A stretch of 64,000 bases of DNA from Prorocentrum cordatum (taxonomy: Eukaryota): contig CAUYUJ010000103.1 in NCBI GenBank assembly GCA_963575745.1, forward strand, positions 310,001 to 374,000. The letters are read 5' to 3'. This document shows positions 56,800 to 64,000 of the stretch, one piece after another. A program made the translations under genes and the position numbers. Numbering within the stretch: position 1 is the stretch's first letter; each line of letters opens with the position of its first letter. The notes below the pieces were generated by a model that saw only the letters and a program-made list of their open reading frames with translations, was not told where the DNA came from and did not search any database.

Positions 56800-57671
56800 C
56801 ACTGGAGGCCACAGTTCACGGATGTGGGGCCTCTTGGAGGCATATTTAGCGTTCTCTAGTGGCCTCCCGCCGCCGTGCCTGGGTTGTGTATCGGAGGCAT
56901 CTTGGATGCCTGCTGGGGCCTCTTTGGATGCCCGTGGGGGCCCTCTTGGATGCAATTGTTGGGCCTCTTGGGTGCCGTTCTTGAGCCAGTTGGGCCTTAT
57001 TTGGAGCCTTTTGGTGGTGTCTTGAGTCGTCCAGGGGTCTTTTTGTGGGCCTGCTGACGGTCTCCAGGGTCCTCTTCGGGGCGGAGGCCTCGAAATGTCA
57101 GTTCGAGTTTCCCCTCTGGAGGCCTCTCTTGGGGTCCTCCTGGGCCGGGCCTCTTGGGCCGTCTCGGGGCCCTTTGGGGCCGTCTGGGAGCCCTCTTGGG
57201 GGCCTCTTGGGCCGTCCCAGGGAGATATTGGGGGCCGCTTGGGCCGTCTTGGAACGTCGGGAAGCTCGACTAGCGAGAACGCCAAAAACCTTGAGAAACT
57301 TGGGAATCATACAATCTTTAGCCCGAACAGACGAAAGCGTCAGTATTTGAAAGCCATGGGACCGTTGATGATTTTGGCACCTCGGGGCCCTCTTGGATCC
57401 ATCCTGAGTAATTTTGGGGTCTCTTGGGCGTCTTGAGCGATCTTTCGGTGACTGGGGGCCTTCTTGGACTGGGTTGAGGGCCTCTTCAAGCTCTCTTGGC
57501 CCGTGGGGGGGCCTTTGGCTCCGGAAGAGTCTCGCGAGAGCATGCGGGGAACCGCGGCACGCCCCAGAGCAATCGTCAGTTGGGGGTCCGTGCCCTCAAT
57601 ATTCATTCAGGACGGAGGACTGAAGAGACTTGAGGACACTCCAGCTCGTACCTGGCAGCACGGTGGCGGAT
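56800..57671 (+). repeat. GGGCCTCTTGG-type dispersed repeat ending GGCGGAT
   Basis: Same motif family as 6370-6975. Confidence 0.7.
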
Positions 57672-57779
57672 ATAGGAGCTGGACCCTGCAGCCGTTACCT
57701 TCAGATCAGGTAGGCGTGTCCCCTACCGTGGAGGGCTACACAGCAGAGTTGGACCCGATCGTATGCAACAACAATGCAA

Positions 57780-58225
57780 CATGTGTGTGTGTGTTATGTT
57801 CTGTATGTGTGTTTGTGTGTGTGACGTGTGTGTGTGTGTGTGTATGTGTGGGCGTGTTTGTGTGTGTTGTGTGTCTGTGTGTGCGTGTGTGTATGATGTG
57901 TGTGTGGGTGTCTGTGGTGTGTTGTGTGATGTGTGTGTGTGCGTGTGTGCGTGTGTGCTGTGGTTGGTGTTGTGAGTGCGTGTGTGTGTGTGTGTTCTGG
58001 GTGTGTTTTGTGTGCCCATGCCTGGGTGTGCGCAGGTCATGGTTGATCTCCTCGTGTGGGTCCCTGCCCCAGCTTCTCGGGGGCCGACTCGGACTTTCTA
58101 CGCCTCGACGCTGCTCGCGAGGCTGCGGCGCCAAACAATGGATATTTGTGTGTTTGTGTGTGTGGTGGGTGTCTTGTGTGTGTGTGTGCGTGTGTGTGCG
58201 TGTGTGTGTAATGTGTCAGTGTGTT
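57780..58225. repeat. Degenerate (TG)n
   Basis: Direct read. Confidence 0.9.
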
Positions 58226-58351
58226 GATATTTCCCTACCTAGGCTCTGCCTAGAAGGGTTCTCACTCTCTTGGCTTAAAGGGGCCGGGCAGTGTAAATCG
58301 CCCCGGGCGGTTCCCCCAGTATCCGCCCCGCGGTTACCCCAGTTGCGCCCC

Positions 58352-58890
58352 CTTAGCTTAGCTTTGCTTATCTCATCTTAGTTTAGCCTAGCTTAATTTA
58401 GCTTAGCTTAGCTTAGCTTTGCCTAGCCTAGCTTAGCTTAGCTTAGCTTAGCTTAGCTTGGCTTGGCTTAGCTTAGCTTAGCCTAGCTTAGACTAGCCTA
58501 GCCTAGCTTAGCTTAGTTTAGTTTAGCTTAGCGTAGCCTAGCCTAGCCTAGCCTAGCTTAGCTTAGTGTGTGTCTGTGCGCAGGCAAAGCAAACACAGCA
58601 TAAAGTAAAAGCAAACACAAAAGCAAAGCAAACGCAACAGCAAACGCAACAGCAAAGGCAAAGATAAGGCAATGCAAAGCAAACGCGACACCAATGCGAA
58701 AGTGTAGATGTAGATGTAGGTGTAGGTGTAGGTGTTGATGTGGACGTAGGTGTATATGTAGGTGTAGATGTAGATGTAGGTGTAGATGTAGGTGTAGATG
58801 TAGATGTATATTGAGTCTCGCTGTTGATGTTGATGTAGCTGTAGATGCAGGTGTAGATGTTAATGCAACTGTCGGTGTAGATGTAGATGT
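58352..58890. repeat. (CTTAG)n pentamer, A-rich (GCAAA) tract and (GTAGAT)n hexamer
   Basis: Direct read: 58352-58566, 58580-58690, 58702-58890. Confidence 0.9.
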
Positions 58891-59499
58891 TGCTTTCCTA
58901 GATGCTCCAACTCCTAGGTAGGGTCGCACTGGGATAATTTGTTCCAGATTGCAGCGTGGCAGGCACAGTGGCGGATAACATAATCCCCTGGGTGTGCCCA
59001 ACAAGTGCCAAGGCGATGGTCGTTGTCGTGTCCGCCTGCGCACGGTGGCGCGGAGACACGCGTGAACCCTTGACGTCTACGGCCCCACCTTCCCCCCTCT
59101 CCCCCTCCTATCCCTCACCTTCTCCTCCCCTTCGTCCTCCGCATCATCTTTCTCGTCGTCCTCACCATCCTCTTCCCCCTAGTTTTGTTGTTCCTCCGTC
59201 TCCTCCTCCTCTACCTCTTCCCCCTCCCATCTCACCTTCCCTCCTCTTTCCTTATTGTTTCCCTCCTCTTCAGCCCACACCCTGCCCCTTTCATTTTTTC
59301 CCCATATCCCGTTCGTTCGCCCCTCCTCCCGCCTCATTCGCCCTCCACTTCTCCTATCTCTTTTGTTCTTCGTCTTCCCTCTCTCCCTTCTCCCTCCGCA
59401 CCCTTTGCTTTGGTCGTCCTCGTCGTGGTGGTCGTTCTCGTCTTTGCGTCGTCGTCGTCGTCATCCTCCTCCTCCTCTTCTCTCGGCCGAACGGTCTCT

Positions 59500-59830
59500 C
59501 CCTGTTAGCCGTCCACCAGTCAGGTGAGCGGTGTGAAACGGTCTCGGGAAATGTCGATCGACCGATTTTCGTTTGTAGGAGATGTGGTGCCTGGGCCCAG
59601 CAGCGACGTCGCCACACGCTCAGGGCACCCTGCATCAAGCCGACGCCCAAAGGTATTGAGATCCTTCGAAACCTCAGGAGGGGCGTCGAAGCATATTGCT
59701 TGTGCGATCCCAGCCGGCAGAGTAGCGCCCACACGCCGCGCTCCTCGCACCGTGACCACCAGCGTTTCGGTTCGGCCGAATCCCGCCTCAACTTGGGCGT
59801 ATGAATTGAGGCTCGCAGCTCTCCACAAGC
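59500..59830 (+). pseudogene. 3'-terminal fragment of a non-LTR retrotransposon ORF
   Basis: IFVCRRCGAWA..LRAPC..PTPKG..LRNLRRG Cys-rich tail, similar in pattern to 3500-3640. Confidence 0.45.
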
Positions 59831-61440
59831 GAGTGCGCCAGCGAGAACTGGCGCGATCGGCTGAGGGCTCAGCAGGTGGCGCAAGCGGCAGTGTGCCACT
59901 GTGAGCCCACGAGCGCCGCCCTGCTGGGACCATCTCGGCCTAGCAGGTTGCGTAAGCGGTAGTGGGCTAGCTCGTGCCCACGAGCGCCGCCCTGCTGGGG
60001 CCCCAGAGTCCTCACGTGACAAGTCCGTCTCGGCGTGCTTCTTCTTCTTTTTCCTCCTCCTCCTCCTCCTCCTCCTCCTCCTCCTCCTCCTCCTCCTCCT
60101 CCTCTCCTCTCCCCCCCTCGTCCCCCCCGTTCGTCGTCCATTTTCCACTCGTCCTCCTCGTGCCCCTCCTCGGCGTACTCCTCCCCTCCACTCCTCGCCC
60201 CCCTGCTCCTCCACCCCTTTTCCTGATAATCACTCCTTCCTGTGGCACCCGTGGACGTGTCGGTAGGGCGGGCCGGGCGTTTCACCCAAGACTTCCTCAC
60301 CATTGCTGATCCTGAAGCTTGACCGTTGTAACAGTTTCAAGAATGTATGCCGGCCCGTTTTCAAACCGTGGTTCTCGCTTGAGCACTGCGCACATTAGGT
60401 TCACAGTTTGCAGCGGTTTCAGTGATGGAGGGCGGCTCCTTTTCAACCATTGACTCTCGCCTTAGCGCCGCGCATATTCGTTTTACACTTGGTAGCAGTT
60501 TGAGAAATTTCGGGCGGTACCTTGTCACAATTTGGCTCTCGTCCTAGCGCCGAGCATACCGGTCGTAAAGTGTGCAGCAGTTTTGAGGGCTGGTATGTTT
60601 GAAGTCTCAGGAACTGTTCTCTGACGAGGTTTCAACAGGAACGGTGTTTTGGCACGGTTGAGGATTGCCAGGACGCAGCACCCACGATGATTCGCGGCGT
60701 TGAAATCCGAAGGTTTATGCTTTTGCACGATAGAGGGTTACCAGACGTGTGTCTTCCAATGTCGCAATATCACATCTATTATTATTGTAGGGAGGGTTCA
60801 TTGCAACATCGTTGATACGTCTTGTGTTTACATTGGTCCTCCTCCTCTGGGGCCCTCCGACCGCTCAGCAGGAACGACTGTTCTTTGACGCCACCGCCTT
60901 CGCAGACCAGCACTGCGAGGCGGGCGCTGAACCCCTACTGATGCCGCAGCCGCTGGAGCCACCAAGGGGATGTCCGTCGCCCTATCGGCGTGCCGTCCTT
61001 GCAGTCAGCATTTTGGAATAAGGCTCGATTCGGTTTCGAAGTTGGCTCGATGTTCTTCGAGTCCTTCTGTGGGCTTTCTTCCGGCGCTCGTGCATGTAAG
61101 GTTCCTTACGTCAAGACTTTGACCGTGTGTTTGCGGATGGTGTGACTTTGCCGTGTTTTGACTGGATGTCTTTTCTGGCGGGTATTCGCAGCAGCCTCGC
61201 TTGTCATCTTATTTTGTGCTATTCAAGATTGGCCTGGCCGAGCCCAGGTCATCGCAGCAAGCCTAGAAGAAGGGACCTTCAAGCATCGACTTCGCTGCCG
61301 AGAATCGATCTTTTCCGAATTGCTCGCCCACGGAGATCTCACGAAGGCCATTGTTGGGAATCTCCGCAGCTCCTTCTTTGCCCGGGGATGGTAACATGCC
61401 AGTTGCGCATGAGAGTTATGCATGCGTGGCTGTCAAATCG

Positions 61441-61451
61441 AAGTAGTAGTG

Positions 61452-61509
<58 letters not shown>

Positions 61510-61574
61510 TAGTCGTAGTCGTAGTCGTAGTAGTCGTAGTAGTCGTAGAAGTGGTAGTAGTAGTCGTAGTAGTC

Positions 61575-61631
<57 letters not shown>

Positions 61632-61651
61632 TAGTAGCATAGTAGTAGTTA

Positions 61652-61708
<57 letters not shown>

Positions 61709-61743
61709 CAGTAGTTTTAGTCGTCGTAGTAGTAGTAGTCGCC

Positions 61744-61794
<51 letters not shown>

Positions 61795-61960
61795 TATAGT
61801 AGTATAGTAGTATAGTAGTAGTAGTGTAGTAGTAGTAGTATAGTCATAGTAGTAGTAGTATAGTAGTAGTAGTAGTAGTAGGAGTAGTATAGTAGCAGTA
61901 GTCGTAGTAGTAGTAGTAGTAGTAGTAGGTAGGTAGTAGTAGTAGTAGTAGTCGTAGTAA

Positions 61961-61997
<37 letters not shown>

Positions 61998-62004
61998 AGT
62001 GGTA

Positions 62005-62059
<55 letters not shown>

Positions 62060-62253
62060 CAGTAGTAGTAGCCGTAGTAGTAGTAGTAGTAGTAGTAGTA
62101 GGCGTAGTGGTCGTAGAAGTCGTAGTAGTCGAATTAGTCGTAGTAGCAGTTGTCGTAGTAGTAGTAGAAGTAGTAGTAGTAGTCGTAGTAGTAGTAGTAG
62201 TAGTAGTAGTAGTCGTAGTAGTAGTAGTGGTAGTAGTAGTAGTAGTCGTAGTC

Positions 62254-62300
<47 letters not shown>

Positions 62301-62491
62301 CGTAGTCGTAGTTGTAGTCGTAGTCGTAGTATTAGTAATGTTCGTAGTAGGAGTAGTAGTAGTCGTAGTAGTAATCGTAGGCGTAGTAGTAGTAGTCGTA
62401 GTAGTAGTAGTAGTAGTAGTAGTCGTAGTAGTAGTAGTGGTGGTAGTAGCCGTAGTCGTAGTAGTAATAGTAGTAGTAGTAGTAGTAGTAA

Positions 62492-62524
<33 letters not shown>

Positions 62525-62698
62525 CCGTAGTACTAATAGCAACGGTGGTAGTAGTAGTATTAGTTGTTGTAGTAGTAGCAGAAGTCGTCGTAGCCGTAGT
62601 AGTAGTAGTAGTAGTAGCAGCAGTAGTAGTAGTAGTAGTAGTAGTGGTAGTCGTAGTGGTAGTCGTAGTAGTAGAAGTCGCAGTCGTAGTAGTAGTCA

Positions 62699-62731
<33 letters not shown>

Positions 62732-62806
62732 AAGTAGTAGTAGTAGTAGTAGCAACGTGGTAGTAGTAGTAGTAGCAGCAGTAGTAGTAGGAGTAGTAGT
62801 CGTAGC

Positions 62807-62848
<42 letters not shown>

Positions 62849-62906
62849 CGTAGTAGTAGTAAGTCGCAGTCGTAGTAGTAGTCGTAGTAGTAGTAGTAGT
62901 AGTAGC

Positions 62907-62947
<41 letters not shown>

Positions 62948-62981
62948 CAGTAGTAGTAGGAGTAGTAGTCGTAGCAGTAGC

Positions 62982-63039
<58 letters not shown>

Positions 63040-63051
63040 CAATGTGTAATC

Positions 63052-63088
<37 letters not shown>

Positions 63089-63175
63089 TAGTAGTAGTAG
63101 TAGTTGTTGTAGTAGTAGTAGAAGTAATAGTAGTAGTTTTTAGTGGCAGTCGTAGTAGAAGTAGTATTGTTAGTC

Positions 63176-63207
<32 letters not shown>

Positions 63208-63627
63208 CGTAGTAGTAGTAGAAGTAGTAGTAGTAGTAGCAGTAGTAGTAGTAGTCGTAGTAGTAGTAGTAGTCGTCGTCGTAGTTGTAATAGTAGTAGT
63301 AGTAGTAGTAGTAGTCGTAGTCGTAGTACTAGGAGTGGTCGTAATAGTAGTTGTCGTAGTGGTACTAGTACCAGTCGTAAGAGCGGTAGTGGTAGCAGTA
63401 GTAGTAGTAGTAGTAGTAGTAACCGTAGTGGTAGCCACAGCAGTCGTAGTAGCAGTTGTCGTAGTCGTAGTGGTCGGAGCAGTTATAGTAGTCATTTATG
63501 AACCTGTACACTCGTAGTCGCAGTGTAAGTAGTAGCCGTCGTAGTAGTAATGTTAATAGTCGTCGTAGCGTAGTGGTAGCTCGTAGTAGTATGAGTGGCA
63601 GAAGTGGTAGTAGTAGTAGTAGTAGAA

Positions 63628-63679
<52 letters not shown>

Positions 63680-63813
63680 CACGAGTAGCCCCAGTAGGAG
63701 TAGTAGTAGCATTACTACTACTAGTAGTGGTAATAGTTGTAGTGCCCGTACCAGTTGCATTCGCCGTCGTAGTTGTAGTAGTAGTAGCAGCTGCAATCGT
63801 AGCAATAGTAGCG

Positions 63814-63907
<94 letters not shown>

Positions 63908-64000
63908 CCGTAGTAGTAGTTCTAGTAGTAGTAGCCGTAGTAGCCGTAGTAGTAGTAGTGGTCGGAGTCGCAGTAGTAGTAGTAGTAGTAGTAGTAGTAG
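61441..64000. repeat. >2.5-kb degenerate (GTA)n microsatellite running off the window
   Basis: Direct read. Confidence 0.98.

Noticed and set aside
55984..57285. 433-aa minus-strand ORF and overlapping poly-R/S/L ORFs
   Set aside because: Artefacts of microsatellite and low-complexity repeat; no domain motifs.
58352..58566. (TTAGC)n as telomeric repeat
   Set aside because: Short, internal and degenerate, and it does not match TTTAGGG/TTAGGG.
61416..63805. Mucin-like poly-Thr/Val/Ser ORFs
   Set aside because: Translations of (GTA)n with frame-independent degeneration.
1..64000. tRNA, rRNA or spliced-leader genes
   Set aside because: None recognised by eye; the TGGTAGCGGA matches are primer-binding sites, not tRNA genes.

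Overview
This is repeat-rich eukaryotic DNA, most likely from a dinoflagellate (inference from GC-AG introns, long degenerate triplet microsatellites and the style of the copia elements). Most of the window appears to be intron sequence of one + strand host gene. Its 39-58 nt exons (1764-1802, 5646-5703, 33676-33716, 41523-41580, 46632-46672) splice in frame into two tandem WW domains. Two Ty1/copia-order LTR retrotransposons, both with an iMet-type PBS, dominate the window. Element A (~8066-28077, ~20 kb, LTRs ~87% identical by hand count) is decayed. Between Gag and integrase it carries a Tpt1/KptA-like RNA 2'-phosphotransferase domain, a RING-H2 finger, a duplicated protease segment and one or possibly two cytosine-methyltransferase-like domains; a nested TA-flanked TIR element interrupts its gag. 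Element B (49892-56270, LTRs 153/154 identical, GGAGG TSD in a GGA microsatellite) is young and carries a divergent C5-methyltransferase-like domain between integrase and RT. The rest is a decayed APE-RT LINE, LINE tail fragments, satellites and microsatellites. All domain calls come from reading motifs by eye; no database search was run.
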